Origin: Bdellovibrionota bacterium | GTDB lineage: Bacteria > Bdellovibrionota_C > UBA2361 > CAKMMH01 | Assembly (NCBI GenBank): GCA_050952645.1 | Contig: JBMNLI010000012.1 | Span: 1 to 64,000, forward strand | DNA: 64,000 bases | Direction: 5' to 3' | Shown here: one piece after another, positions 32,196 to 42,522 of the stretch | Layout of the letters: the number at the start of each line of letters is the position of its first letter | Position numbering within the stretch: position 1 is the first letter of the stretch | The notes under the pieces: model-generated | The model's input: the letters and a program-made list of their open reading frames with translations, nothing else | The model's database searches: none | Told to the model about the DNA's origin: nothing | Position numbers and translations under genes: made by a program

Positions 32196-35100
32196 ATGAG
32201 TAGAAATTCAAAAGGAGAGGTCCTTGTAAGTTTCGTGCTTGCTGCAATAGTTTTTATTGCTATTGCGTTTGGTATTATGGAGATGGGCATCTTTGCATAC
32301 AAAGAGGTTGTAGCTAGCGATAAACTTAAAACGATCGTAAGAAAAGCTGAGTCGAGAAGCGAACTGTTTATAGACTTAAGTGCTAGTGAGCTTTTAAATA
32401 TAAGAGATAGAACTTGGTATCCTTGCACTCCTGTATGCGATGATAAAGGGGTGGCTTCATGTGTAGAAGATTATAGGCTAGTATTGCCAGGAAGTCCCGT
32501 TACTTGTAAAGAGGTATGTGATTTTTGGAAAACATCGTATGAGTTAGCAAAGTCTGAAGGAGATATGCGTGGCATACTTAATAATGATGTGCCAGATGTG
32601 GTATACGATAAAAATGGGACTTGTAAAGCAAAGGTCGCTTTGGTGCTTCCAGGGTTTGAAAGCAAATCTATAAACCCAGATGACCCTAGTGCAGTAAAAG
32701 AGTTTAAGGCTATTAATACGACTCATACCGTGTTAAGACTATTACAAGGCAAAGGGAGTATAATAGCAAAAACGAATGTAATAAAAACGAAAGGCTTATT
32801 TTCTTTTTATAGCGATGGAGTATTTAAACATGAAACGTTTCACGTTGGAAAGCCTAGAATGGCGATAGTAATAGATGATGATGTTCCACCGCTAAGTCCG
32901 TCTAGTTCTAGTAGTTCAAAGAGTTCGCCTAGTAGCTCGTCAACGATTAGTCCTTCTTCTAGCTCTAGTAAGAGTAGTTCTTCTAGTAGCAGGTCTAGTA
33001 GTAAGAGTAGTTCATCATCTAGTAGTTTATTAAGTTCTAGTTCTTCTAGTAGCTTATCGTCTAGTAGTTTATCGCTAAGTAGCAGTAGCAGTTTATCTAG
33101 TAGCAAAAGTTCTTTATCGTCTAGTATCTCATTGCTAAGTAGCAGTAGCAGTTTATCATCGCTAAGCTCGTCAAGCTCTTCGTCTAGTTTAAGTAGCTCT
33201 TCTAGTTCGAGTTTAAGTAATGGCAGTTCATTATCTAGTTTAAAGAGTTCGCCTAGTAGCTCGTCAACGATTAGTCCTTCTTTTAGCTCTAGTAAGAGTA
33301 GTTCTTCTAGTAGCAGGTCTAGTAGTAGGAGTAGTTCATTATCTAGTAGTTTATTAAGCTCTAGTTCTTCTAGTAGCTCATCGTCTAGTAGTTTATCGTT
33401 AAGTAGCTTATCGCTAAGTAGCAGTAGCAGTTTATCATCGCTAAGCTCGTCAAGCTCTTCGTCTAGTTTAAGTAGCTCTTCTAGTTCGAGTTTAAGTAAT
33501 GGTAGTTCATTATCTAGTTTAAAGAGTTCGCCTAGCTCTAGTAAGAGTAGTTCATCGTCTAGTAGCTTATCGCTAAGTAGCAGTAGTAGTTTAGCTAGTA
33601 GCAAAAGTAGTTCTAGTAAGAGTAGCTCTTTTAGTAGTTTATCATCTAGTCTAAGTATCTCTTCTAACGGTAGCTCGTTATCTAGTAAGTCATCTAGTAA
33701 ATCTTTAGCTTCTAGTAGTTTTTCTTTGTCTTCAAAAGATGTTGATTTAAGTTGGTCTTCTGAATTTAGTAGAATTTCATCATCTAATAGAAGCAGTGAA
33801 ACTTCTAATAGTTTTAGTGTAAGCGAAAGTTTTGATTCTTATAGTTTTAGTGATAATAGTTTTAGCGATAATAGTTTTAGTGATGCTAGTTCTAGTTATA
33901 GCAATGATGGAAGTTTTAGTAGTTTATCATCGAATGGTGGGGGCTGTAAGTGTCCTAGTGGTTATGTATGTTTAGATGATATAGAAGGGGACGATAATCC
34001 TAGTGGCGTAGGCAATAGATGTTGCAATAAAGAAGATGGCACGCCAGGGACTGGCTGTTGTAAAGAAGATAATTATTTTATAGGAGATAATGGCGAGCAA
34101 CTATGTTGCGAAGATGGAGAAACTCCAAAATACGTTATAGATGTAAACGGCAACTCGGTTTTTGTATGTAATGCTAGATGCCCAGATGGAAGCGTAGAAA
34201 ATGAAACGGGTAGAGTTATAGTAAGTGATGAAAAAAGTTATAATGAAAAAATTTGTTGCCCAGCAGATATTCCAGACTTTAAGGGATTTGGATATTTTAC
34301 TGGCGTTCCAGTATGTTGCAAAGAAGAGGAGATTTTTTGTCGTAGTGCATGTTGCAAAAAAGATGAATTTTGTGCTGATATAGCAGGCACTTTAAGGGCT
34401 TTTCACGATAACAAAAATGGCTCGCTAGAGCCTTTACCTGCTCAAACGTGTTGTAAAAAAGAGGGGCAAGTTTTTTGTGGTGGCACGTGCTGTGAGGCTG
34501 ATAAGTGCATAGCTCCGCTAGGGACGATTAGACCTAATCAGCGAATTAGCGAATATGTGTGCTGCCTTGGTAGTATTATAACGCATGAAAGCGGTGTGTT
34601 AGAATGCTGTGATACAACGGAAGATAAAAATGTAGTAATAGGTGATATATGTTGCAAAGCTGAGCTCGTATACACGGAAGATAATGAGCAAAAATGTTGC
34701 GATGGAGATTTACAAGAGGTTGAAATAGGAGGCGTTAATGCTAACACTAGCGACAAAAGTGTTTCTGTTGCTTCTTTTAGTTCTACTGCTTCTAAAATAA
34801 AAGAAAGTGGCGATAAGGGAGCTTATAGCATCGATTCTAACACTAGCAGTGTTAGTTTAGATGATAACAAATCTACTATTAAAGTATGTTGTCCTATGGG
34901 GCAGACTGCGTTCGTTGATACTTATGGCAATCCTAGATGTTGCGATGGAACTGCTTATAGAAATCTAAGCGGCAACATGGAATGTTGCCAAACGAATGAA
35001 AGAAAATCATCAACTAATTATTTAAAAAAATATAGTCTAGTAGAAAGAGTAGACGCTACGGGACACACGCAATACGCTTGCTGCCCTAATATGGTTAATA

Positions 35101-36107
35101 ATGCGTATGCGTATTTTAATAATGGTATTTTAACTTGTTGTGGAGAGCATAGAAAAAATTACACATTAGCTGGGCAGGAAATATGTTGTGAAACGAAAAA
35201 TCATGAAGATGCAGATGGCACAGTTTTTATAAATAGCGATGGAAAGATAGAATGTTGTGATAAAGAAAACCATAAAATAAAAGAAGCAGGGGGTAAAAAG
35301 ATTTGCTGTATTGGCAATTCAACGGCTTATATAGATGGTAGTGGTAGCATTCAGTGTTGTGAATATACAGGCGAAGGGGATTATGTAGGAGGTAAGGGAC
35401 ACGTTCAGCATAGAGTTATAGGGAATGTATGTTGTGAAGCGGAAAGAGTGTATACGGATTACCAAGGGTTTGTTCGTTGTTGTGAAGCCGATTTAAAGAC
35501 TATTCCTAATGATGATAAGAAATATTGTTGTAAAGATGGCGAGCTTCCTTATATTGATAGTGATGGTAGTGGTGAGTGCTGTGATATTAAAAAAATATAT
35601 TTAAAAGATGGGAAGCGAGAATGTTGCGAACACGACTTGTGTGGCGATAAGTGTTGTAAAAAAGATGAAAGTTGCATAGATGGTGTGTGTGCAAGGGTTA
35701 ATGAAGATGAAAATTGTCTAGGTGATGCGTGTAAGGAAGATGAGGATAGTAAAGAGGATAGTAAAGAAGATAGTAAGGAAGATAACGAAGAATACAATTG
35801 TATGCTTAGAGAGAGTTTTAAATCTGTAGATTGCACGCCAGGCGATAAGACTAAAGAATGTTGTGGAGGTAGTTGCATATGGTTTGATGAGGTTAAAAGA
35901 TATATGTGTTCGCTTCCTGAAAAGAATTATGGTAAGCCTTGTGAAAGTGATGCGGATTGTGATGATGACACTTATAGGTTAAAGTGTGAAAGTGGTAAGT
36001 GTGTTTTTTCTAAGTGTCCTATTGCACGTTGTATTAGAAATGATGGCTCTACTTATATGGCTCCACTTTGTGGAACTTGCGAGAAGAATGGAATGACTAC
36101 ACCTTAA
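32196..36107 (+). CDS. TadE/pseudopilin-like N-terminus, Ser-rich linker and Cys-Cys repeat region (putative surface protein)
   Basis: SKG|EVLVSFVLAAIVFIAIAFGIMEMG; ~350-aa Ser-rich tract; about 28 CC dyads. Confidence 0.8.
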   Translation: MSRNSKGEVLVSFVLAAIVFIAIAFGIMEMGIFAYKEVVASDKLKTIVRKAESRSELFIDLSASELLNIRDRTWYPCTPVCDDKGVASCVEDYRLVLPGSPVTCKEVCDFWKTSYELAKSEGDMRGILNNDVPDVVYDKNGTCKAKVALVLPGFESKSINPDDPSAVKEFKAINTTHTVLRLLQGKGSIIAKTNVIKTKGLFSFYSDGVFKHETFHVGKPRMAIVIDDDVPPLSPSSSSSSKSSPSSSSTISPSSSSSKSSSSSSRSSSKSSSSSSSLLSSSSSSSLSSSSLSLSSSSSLSSSKSSLSSSISLLSSSSSLSSLSSSSSSSSLSSSSSSSLSNGSSLSSLKSSPSSSSTISPSFSSSKSSSSSSRSSSRSSSLSSSLLSSSSSSSSSSSSLSLSSLSLSSSSSLSSLSSSSSSSSLSSSSSSSLSNGSSLSSLKSSPSSSKSSSSSSSLSLSSSSSLASSKSSSSKSSSFSSLSSSLSISSNGSSLSSKSSSKSLASSSFSLSSKDVDLSWSSEFSRISSSNRSSETSNSFSVSESFDSYSFSDNSFSDNSFSDASSSYSNDGSFSSLSSNGGGCKCPSGYVCLDDIEGDDNPSGVGNRCCNKEDGTPGTGCCKEDNYFIGDNGEQLCCEDGETPKYVIDVNGNSVFVCNARCPDGSVENETGRVIVSDEKSYNEKICCPADIPDFKGFGYFTGVPVCCKEEEIFCRSACCKKDEFCADIAGTLRAFHDNKNGSLEPLPAQTCCKKEGQVFCGGTCCEADKCIAPLGTIRPNQRISEYVCCLGSIITHESGVLECCDTTEDKNVVIGDICCKAELVYTEDNEQKCCDGDLQEVEIGGVNANTSDKSVSVASFSSTASKIKESGDKGAYSIDSNTSSVSLDDNKSTIKVCCPMGQTAFVDTYGNPRCCDGTAYRNLSGNMECCQTNERKSSTNYLKKYSLVERVDATGHTQYACCPNMVNNAYAYFNNGILTCCGEHRKNYTLAGQEICCETKNHEDADGTVFINSDGKIECCDKENHKIKEAGGKKICCIGNSTAYIDGSGSIQCCEYTGEGDYVGGKGHVQHRVIGNVCCEAERVYTDYQGFVRCCEADLKTIPNDDKKYCCKDGELPYIDSDGSGECCDIKKIYLKDGKRECCEHDLCGDKCCKKDESCIDGVCARVNEDENCLGDACKEDEDSKEDSKEDSKEDNEEYNCMLRESFKSVDCTPGDKTKECCGGSCIWFDEVKRYMCSLPEKNYGKPCESDADCDDDTYRLKCESGKCVFSKCPIARCIRNDGSTYMAPLCGTCEKNGMTTP
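32918..33600 (+). repeat. intragenic tandem duplication within the Ser-rich tract
   Basis: AAAGAGTTCGCCTAG-initiated units at 32918, 33242 and 33521. Confidence 0.85.
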
Positions 36108-36180
36108 ATGAAAAGGTGATATTTAATATAATCTATTTATATATAATTTAAGTTTATATAATTTAAGACTATTTATATTT

Positions 36181-36915
36181 ATGCAAACATCGATAACTCC
36201 ACAGCAAAAAAAATATGCAAGTGCTAATAATGCACTAAAGTTGTACAAGTCTTATATAGTTGGGGAAGAGAGTTCTTATATAACTTTAATCATCTATGAG
36301 TTTCTAGTTTTTTTAGGAAATTTTACACCTAGTATATTTGGTGTGGCGATTAGAATTTTAGTATATAAAATTTTTCTTAAAAAATTAGGCAAGAAATCTT
36401 ACTTTGGAAAAAATGTAGAGATAAGAAATCCATCGAAAATTAAAATTGGTAAAAAGGCTATAGTCGATGATAATGTATTAGTAGATGCTAGAGGAGAAAA
36501 TGCTAATATCGATATAGGAGATTTTACGCTTATCGGGAAGAATACGATGATAATTTCTAAAAATGCAGATATTAAATTAGAAGATGGAGTTAATATTAGT
36601 TCTTTTTGTAGGATTGCTTCTGAGTCTAAAATTCATATAGGAAAAAGCACTCTTATTTCTGCTTATTCATATATAGGCCCTGGGAACCATAGTATAAAAG
36701 CGGATGAAAATAGCCAAAGGGCTAGTGAAAAAATGGATATTAAAGGGGGAGTCTATATCGGTGATAACTGCTGGGTAGCGACTAGGGCTACCATCTTAGA
36801 TGGAGTAAAAATTGGCAACAATTCGATAGTTGCAGCTCACTCATTCGTTAACAAAGATGTCCCTGAAAATGTTATCGTAGCTGGCACTCCTGCAAAGATT
36901 ATAAGGTATTTATAA
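36181..36915 (+). CDS. hexapeptide-repeat (LbH) acyltransferase
   Basis: [IV]Gxxxx repeats; GVYIGDNCWV...VAGTPAKII. Confidence 0.9.
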   Translation: MQTSITPQQKKYASANNALKLYKSYIVGEESSYITLIIYEFLVFLGNFTPSIFGVAIRILVYKIFLKKLGKKSYFGKNVEIRNPSKIKIGKKAIVDDNVLVDARGENANIDIGDFTLIGKNTMIISKNADIKLEDGVNISSFCRIASESKIHIGKSTLISAYSYIGPGNHSIKADENSQRASEKMDIKGGVYIGDNCWVATRATILDGVKIGNNSIVAAHSFVNKDVPENVIVAGTPAKIIRYL

Positions 36916-36928
36916 AATAAAATTTTTT

Positions 36929-37027
36929 GGTTCTTTCACGTTTTAGGTGGGTTAAGAAAATTGTTTCTTTTGGGCTTCGTGGATGAGTGATTATGAGAGC
37001 AAGCTAACCTTAAAATTGTGAAGAACT
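36929..37027. mobile_element. MITE family A copy (diverged)
   Basis: GGTTCTTTCACGTTTTAGGTGGG...GGGCTTCGTGGATGAGTGAT...TGTGAAGAACT. Confidence 0.8.
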
Positions 37028-37158
37028 TTTTTTTTACTTTTTTACGTTTAGGGGGAGGGATTTTAGTCTTGTAAGTTTTAGGTTAATGATTATATAATAT
37101 TTTTACTTAAGTTTTTTTATTACGGTATTTTTTTGAAAAAAGCAAATTGTTAATTTAA

Positions 37159-37904
37159 CCCCAAACTTCTTGTTGCAAGCTTGGAGAGTGTTGTGCATAT
37201 AGCAATTGGGAAACAGAGATATTTGTATGTTGTCCATCTGGTGAGACATATGATGAAAATACTGGTAGGTGTACAAATGAAAGTGAAGGTAGCACATGTA
37301 GCGGAAGTTATAATAGTTATGAAACGGAATCTGTAAGTAGTGTATCTAGTAAAAGTTCAGAAAGCCAAGCGAGTTGCGAAAGTGGCTCTTATGCTTGTGG
37401 AACTAATTGCTGTTCTAGTGAGCAAGATTGTTATAATGATAGAAGTGAATGTTGTGATGGTAAGTTTGTAAATGGGACGTGTTGCCCAACAGAGAGAGTT
37501 TACGATGGTTCTAAATGTGTGATGAGGGTAAGGTTGCTTATACATCATACTTAGGAAGTGGTTGCTGTGAGATAGATCGTATATATACGCATGATATTTA
37601 TGAATATTGTTGTCGTGAACCGTTATGTGGTGGTGAATGTTGTGGCGAACTAAGAGAATGTAATAATGGCGAATGTGTAGATAAAGAAGGATACTCGGCT
37701 AGTTCAGGCTCTCAAAGTATTTGCTTTCAACTGATTCAATATCAAGAAGAGTTGCTAAAGACAAAAAGTTCGGAGTTGGAAAAGCTTGATTCTATTTTAA
37801 GAATTGAAAAAGGAAAGATCTTTTTTCAATCAAGGAAAGACAGAGAAATTGAAATTGCTGAAGCTTTAGCAGGTGAAAACAAGGCGATGGGTAAGCAAAA
37901 TTAA
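37159..37904 (+). pseudogene. 5'-truncated CC-repeat gene fragment, paralogous to 32196-36107
   Basis: Frame opens after a stop with no start codon (PQTSCCKLGECC...), shifts at ~37518 into ORF 37515-37904. Confidence 0.7.
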
Positions 37905-38199
37905 TTCCTTAATATTTTGAGCTCTTTTTACTTTTTATAGTAGGGGGCTCTTTTTTTTTATTCGTCAAGTTTTACTTTTCAAAGTTAATACTGCTTCTTA
38001 AAGGCAATTTTTTTCGTCATTAGTGTTGTAGAAAAACTTATTTAATGATATCTTAAGTAGTGGAGCTTTTTTGCATGATAAATCCTAATATAGTGTATTA
38101 GTTGCTACTTTGACGCTAATTTTTAGTGCGTTATTTTTAAGTATTTATTTTGCAAATATTTTAAAAAAGTTTTTATTTTATTATAAGGGAATTTTTATT

Positions 38200-38778
38200 A
38201 TGGAAAAATCGTTAAAGGGAACGCAAACGGAAAAAAATTTATTGACGTCTTTTGCTGGTGAGTCTCAAGCAAGAAATAGATATACGTATTTTGCTAGCGT
38301 AGCTAAAAAAGAAGGATATAGACAAATAAGTGAAATTTTTGAGGAGACTGCAAACCAAGAAAGTGCACACGCTAAAAGAATGTTTAAATTTTTAGAAGGT
38401 GGCTCGGTAGAAATTACTGCATCATACCCAGCAGGAGTTATCGGGGATACTTTAGCAAACTTAGAAGCTGCCGCTAAAGGCGAACATGAAGAATGGGAAA
38501 TGGATTATCCAAAATTTGCTGAAATAGCTAAACAAGAAGGCTTTAATGAAATTGCCGCTATGTATAGGGCTATCGCAATATCTGAAAAACAACATGAAAA
38601 AAGATACATAGCACTAGCTGAAAATATTAAAAATGGCACAGTATTTAAGAAAGCTGAAAAAATTAAGTGGTTCTGCAAGAATTGTGGCTACGTCCACGAA
38701 GGGGAAACGGCACCTGCAACTTGCCCAGCTTGTGTGCATCCTCAAGCCCATTTTGAGATGTTAAAAGAAAATTGGTAA
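38200..38778 (+). CDS. rbr: rubrerythrin
   Basis: FAGESQARNRY, ExxH motifs, C-terminal CKNCG...CPAC. Confidence 0.95.
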   Translation: MEKSLKGTQTEKNLLTSFAGESQARNRYTYFASVAKKEGYRQISEIFEETANQESAHAKRMFKFLEGGSVEITASYPAGVIGDTLANLEAAAKGEHEEWEMDYPKFAEIAKQEGFNEIAAMYRAIAISEKQHEKRYIALAENIKNGTVFKKAEKIKWFCKNCGYVHEGETAPATCPACVHPQAHFEMLKENW

Positions 38779-38795
38779 TTTAAAAGTTTTTGTTT

Positions 38796-38831
38796 AAGCC
38801 TCTTAAAAAAAAACGTTTAAGAGGCTTTTTT
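38796..38831 (+). terminator. intrinsic terminator
   Basis: AAGCCTCTTAAA / TTTAAGAGGCTT stem followed by a T-run. Confidence 0.8.
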
Positions 38832-38869
38832 AATTAAAGTAATTTAAAAAATATATTTGGAGTGTTTAT

Positions 38870-40348
38870 ATGAATAACGCAAAACGATTAAAAGTTCTTA
38901 TTTTTATTATTAGTTATAATCATGAAAATTTATTAGGAAAAGTTCTAGATAGAATTCCTGAGTCTCTTCACACAGATTATCCTAATGTAGATTTTGAAGT
39001 TTTAATAATTGAGGATGCTTCAAAAGATAAAACGTTTGAAGTTGGATACGAGTTTTTAAAAACATACAAAAAATTTAAAACGACACTCCTTTCTAATCCT
39101 ATAAATCAACAATTCGGAGGAAACCAAAAAATTGGGTATACGTATGCTATACAAAATGATTTTGATCACGTAGTGCTTCTTCACGGTGATGGGCAATACG
39201 CCCCAGAGATGATTCCAACGCTTGTAAAACCTTTAATCGATGGCGAGGCTGATGCTGTGTTTGGTTCTCGTATGATGGATCCTAAGGGGGCGTTAGAAGG
39301 TGGTATGCCTAAATATAAATTTATAGGAAACAAAATCTTAACAAAAATTGAAAACTCGATGATAGGTAGTAAACTTTCTGAGTGGCACTCAGGTTTTAGA
39401 TTGTACTCGGTAAACGCTTTAAAGAAGATGCCTTTTCAATATAGTTCAAACTATTATGATTTTGATACACAAATTATTATTCAATTAGTAGGTCAAGGGC
39501 TAAGAATAACAGAGATTCCTATTCCTACATATTATGGAGATGAAGAATGTAATGTTGATGGATTCAAATATGCTAGAAAAATTTTAATCGCTTGTATGTT
39601 ATTTAAGATTCAAGATTGGGGAATTTTTCATCATCCATGTTATTACTTAGAAGATAGATACAAAAAGAAACCTAGCAGGCTTTCTTTTGATACGTCTGCA
39701 AAAAGATTAGTAGATAAGCTAAAAACTGTAAAAGGGCTTTCTCTAGTAGTTTTAGATAAAAAAGAATATCAAATAAAAGAGTACCTAGATAACGAAAAAC
39801 TAAATATAGAAATCGTAGAACCTGAGTTTGATTTAGCTATTTTAGATGAAGATAAAGAAAAGTTTGAAGCAGTATTTTTTATAGATAGCTTCGAGTGTTT
39901 TTCTAATCCTGAAGAATTGCTAGTAGCTTTAAGAGAAAGCAAGAGAACTTGCGATAGTAAGTGTTATGGTGCAGTTTCAAATGTTGCCTTTATTTTTACT
40001 AGATTGATGCTCCTTTTTGGAAGCTTTAATTATGGTATTAGAGGGATTTTAGATTTTAGACATAAGAGATTATATACACGTAAGTCTTTAAGAAGATTGC
40101 TACAATACCATGCTTGTGAAGTAGAAAAAATAGAGAGCATATCCGTTCCTTGGAAACTAGTGTTTAAAAGTAAGATAATGGTAGCTTTAGCTTCATTTAT
40201 TTGGAGCTTCGGATACATACCATTTAAGGGATTATTTTCTTATCAATACTATTTCGAGTTTAAAACTCTTCCATCTATAAAAGCATTGCTTAAGAGAACT
40301 AAAGAGTATACTAAGCAAAGAGAAGAAGAGATAAAAAATAAGAAATAA
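38870..40348 (+). CDS. GT2 (DPM1-like) glycosyltransferase fused to a degenerate methyltransferase-like domain
   Basis: IIEDASKD, LHGDGQY, FGSRM, HSGFRLY; C-terminal GILDFRHKRLYT. Confidence 0.85.
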   Translation: MNNAKRLKVLIFIISYNHENLLGKVLDRIPESLHTDYPNVDFEVLIIEDASKDKTFEVGYEFLKTYKKFKTTLLSNPINQQFGGNQKIGYTYAIQNDFDHVVLLHGDGQYAPEMIPTLVKPLIDGEADAVFGSRMMDPKGALEGGMPKYKFIGNKILTKIENSMIGSKLSEWHSGFRLYSVNALKKMPFQYSSNYYDFDTQIIIQLVGQGLRITEIPIPTYYGDEECNVDGFKYARKILIACMLFKIQDWGIFHHPCYYLEDRYKKKPSRLSFDTSAKRLVDKLKTVKGLSLVVLDKKEYQIKEYLDNEKLNIEIVEPEFDLAILDEDKEKFEAVFFIDSFECFSNPEELLVALRESKRTCDSKCYGAVSNVAFIFTRLMLLFGSFNYGIRGILDFRHKRLYTRKSLRRLLQYHACEVEKIESISVPWKLVFKSKIMVALASFIWSFGYIPFKGLFSYQYYFEFKTLPSIKALLKRTKEYTKQREEEIKNKK

Positions 40349-40579
40349 AAATAAGAAATAGGAGATAAAAAAAAGGGAGTAGTTTTAAAAGACGAATTTC
40401 TTTTACAACTACCCCCTACTTGCAAAAAGGATGGTATATGCCTAACAAATAACACTATCGAACGAAAAATAGTTTTCATTATATTTTGTATCTTTTTTTT
40501 CTTGCCTATTGTATTTTTTAAGATAACTTGTTATATTTAAAAGAATATTTTTTCAATTAAATATTTTTCAATTAATTGA

Positions 40580-40652
40580 GGCTCGATAGCCAAGTGGTCT
40601 AAGGCAGTGGTTTGCAAAACCATTATCTCCGGTTCGAATCCGGATCGGGCCT
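40580..40652 (+). tRNA. tRNA-Cys(GCA), CCA not encoded
   Basis: Acceptor stem GGCTCGA/TCGGGCC with U73; anticodon loop TTGCAAA; T-loop GTTCGAATC. Confidence 0.95.
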
Positions 40653-40793
40653 ATAACTCATTTTATATAGTTTTGTGCCTTATTATATTTAAAAAAATTT
40701 TGGATTGATAAAAGTATACGGCTAGAGCTATGCTTTCTAAATTATCTTATTTAATATTTTAATATTCTTACTTAATATCGTTATTTAATATTG

Positions 40794-41372
40794 TTATTTT
40801 ATATCATCACCAAGTAAGTCGATAAAAAATAGTCCCGTTCCAAAGTCTAGTATTTCTTCCGTGCAAACTCCTGCATATACCCCAAATAGTAAAAGGTCGA
40901 CGCCAGCTCCTAACTCCCCAGGGCAAGTATTTCTAGACTGTGATTCCGAAAAAAAGGGACCTGCACCAATTTCTTCACCTATTTCTAATTTCACAGGAAC
41001 ATCTCGACCAAAATTTCCAAACCTTAATGATGCTGGTATCATTTCCCTATAACCGAACTGCCCATATTTAGTAATCCTTACTACGGCTCCAACCGATGGC
41101 CCTACGCCAATATCAAACTTAAAAATATCTATAAGGTCTAACACTCTATTTATAGGCCATAAGAGGACTTGCTTAAAAATAGATGGCGACTCTTTTTTCT
41201 TTGGCTCTGAGATATCACTCCACGGCCTTTTAGGACTTACCTCTACTTTATTTTCTGAGTTTTCCACGGCAAAAGAATAGCTTGTTATAAAAAGCGAACT
41301 TAAAAAAATAAAAAATAAGATAGATAAAAAATTTTTTGCTATATATGTAAATTTTTTAAATTTAGTTTTCAT
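40794..41372 (-). CDS. hypothetical exported protein
   Basis: Signal peptide ending SFA; Gly-rich amphipathic segments. Confidence 0.75.
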   Translation of the reverse strand: MKTKFKKFTYIAKNFLSILFFIFLSSLFITSYSFAVENSENKVEVSPKRPWSDISEPKKKESPSIFKQVLLWPINRVLDLIDIFKFDIGVGPSVGAVVRITKYGQFGYREMIPASLRFGNFGRDVPVKLEIGEEIGAGPFFSESQSRNTCPGELGAGVDLLLFGVYAGVCTEEILDFGTGLFFIDLLGDDIK

Positions 41373-41593
41373 AAGATATATGCTAACAAAGAAAAGTTAT
41401 TAAAGAAATATAGAAAAAATCGACCTCTTTCACGTTTTAATATTTGCCTTGTTGATTGCCAAATTAAACTAGACACTAAAATAAAAATATCCTATTTTTA
41501 TAAATCTTACCATCTTTAATTTAAAACGCCGTTTCCTTTTTTAAAAAATATTTCATCAAATTTTAAAAAAATAAATAAAAAACAATTTTGTGC

Positions 41594-41658
41594 TTGACGA
41601 TTCGTTAAAAAACTAGTATCTTTCAAACATTAGGTGGGTTAATGTGGGATTTTGTGGG
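41594..41658 (+). promoter_or_regulatory. mraZ promoter with three GTGGG MraZ boxes
   Basis: TTGACG-N17-TATCTT; GTGGG at 41634, 41644 and 41654 (10-bp period). Confidence 0.85.
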
Positions 41659-41783
41659 AGAATTGGATAAATTCTATAAAATTAGGAAATAAGTATGTAA
41701 TTAGCTTAAATTGTTAGGTTTTTTAACTAAATTTAAAAAATATTTATAAATATAAAGAGTAATTTGCATATAATTATATATGA

Positions 41784-42443
41784 ATGGAAGAGAAATTTTC
41801 TAAAAATAACAATTTAAATGGTAAGAATGGCGAAAATGTGGGTGATGGTAATGTAGGTGATAATGTAGGTGAAAATAAAGACCTTTCACTAGAGTTATCT
41901 GAAACATCTTTTCAAGCATCTTTGCAGTCATCTTTGCAAGCATCATTAGAGAAGCAAGATGCTTTAGAAGGAGGCTTTGCTACTTGCTCGTCTTTCCATG
42001 GCAATTTTACTCATGCGATAGACTCAAAATTTCGTGTAAATTTACCTGCTGAATATAGGAGAGTTCTTTTAAGTTCTAATCAAACTAGCGTGGTAATTAC
42101 TAACTACGTTAGTGAAGGGGCAAAATGTTTAGAGGGGTTTTCTTTGTCTTCTTGGATAGAGTTTGAAAATAAATTACGTTCAAAAAGTAGGTTTGACGCA
42201 AAGCTCCAAAGATTAGAAAACTTTTATTTAAGTAGGGCGTGTGAGTGCCAAATAGATAAAAGTGGAAGAATTTTACTTCCTGAGTATTTAAGAGTTTATG
42301 CTGGGCTTTCTAAAGATGTAACTTTTACATCTTCGATACATGGCTTTCGTATATGGGATAGTAGGGTTTGGGAATACGTATTTAAAGAGGCTGAAAAGGC
42401 TCTGCTTGCCGATCCTAACCTTTTTGCTGAGATCGATATTTAA
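41784..42443 (+). CDS. mraZ: transcriptional regulator MraZ with N-terminal low-complexity extension
   Basis: HAIDSKFRVNLP and IDKSGRILLP; position before rsmH. Confidence 0.92.
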   Translation: MEEKFSKNNNLNGKNGENVGDGNVGDNVGENKDLSLELSETSFQASLQSSLQASLEKQDALEGGFATCSSFHGNFTHAIDSKFRVNLPAEYRRVLLSSNQTSVVITNYVSEGAKCLEGFSLSSWIEFENKLRSKSRFDAKLQRLENFYLSRACECQIDKSGRILLPEYLRVYAGLSKDVTFTSSIHGFRIWDSRVWEYVFKEAEKALLADPNLFAEIDI

Positions 42444-42522
42444 ATATAGAATTTGCGTTTTTTTCATATGCTTTCTATGTATTTTTTTAGGGTATTCTTT
42501 TAACTTAGGCTAGTTGTAGCAA

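Noticed and set aside
32840..33604. 254-aa Leu/Glu-rich minus-strand ORF
   Set aside because: Antisense shadow of the poly-Ser codons (AGT/TCT/AGC).
32196..37904. Diversity-generating retroelement (TR/VR pair) for the CC-repeat genes
   Set aside because: No reverse transcriptase in the window, and the paralogous segments differ broadly rather than only at adenines.
40580..41400. Integrative element at tRNA-Cys
   Set aside because: No integrase and no duplicated tRNA 3' end seen in the window.
41634..41658. Novel GTGGG repeat
   Set aside because: Matches the known MraZ operator arrangement; listed as a feature.
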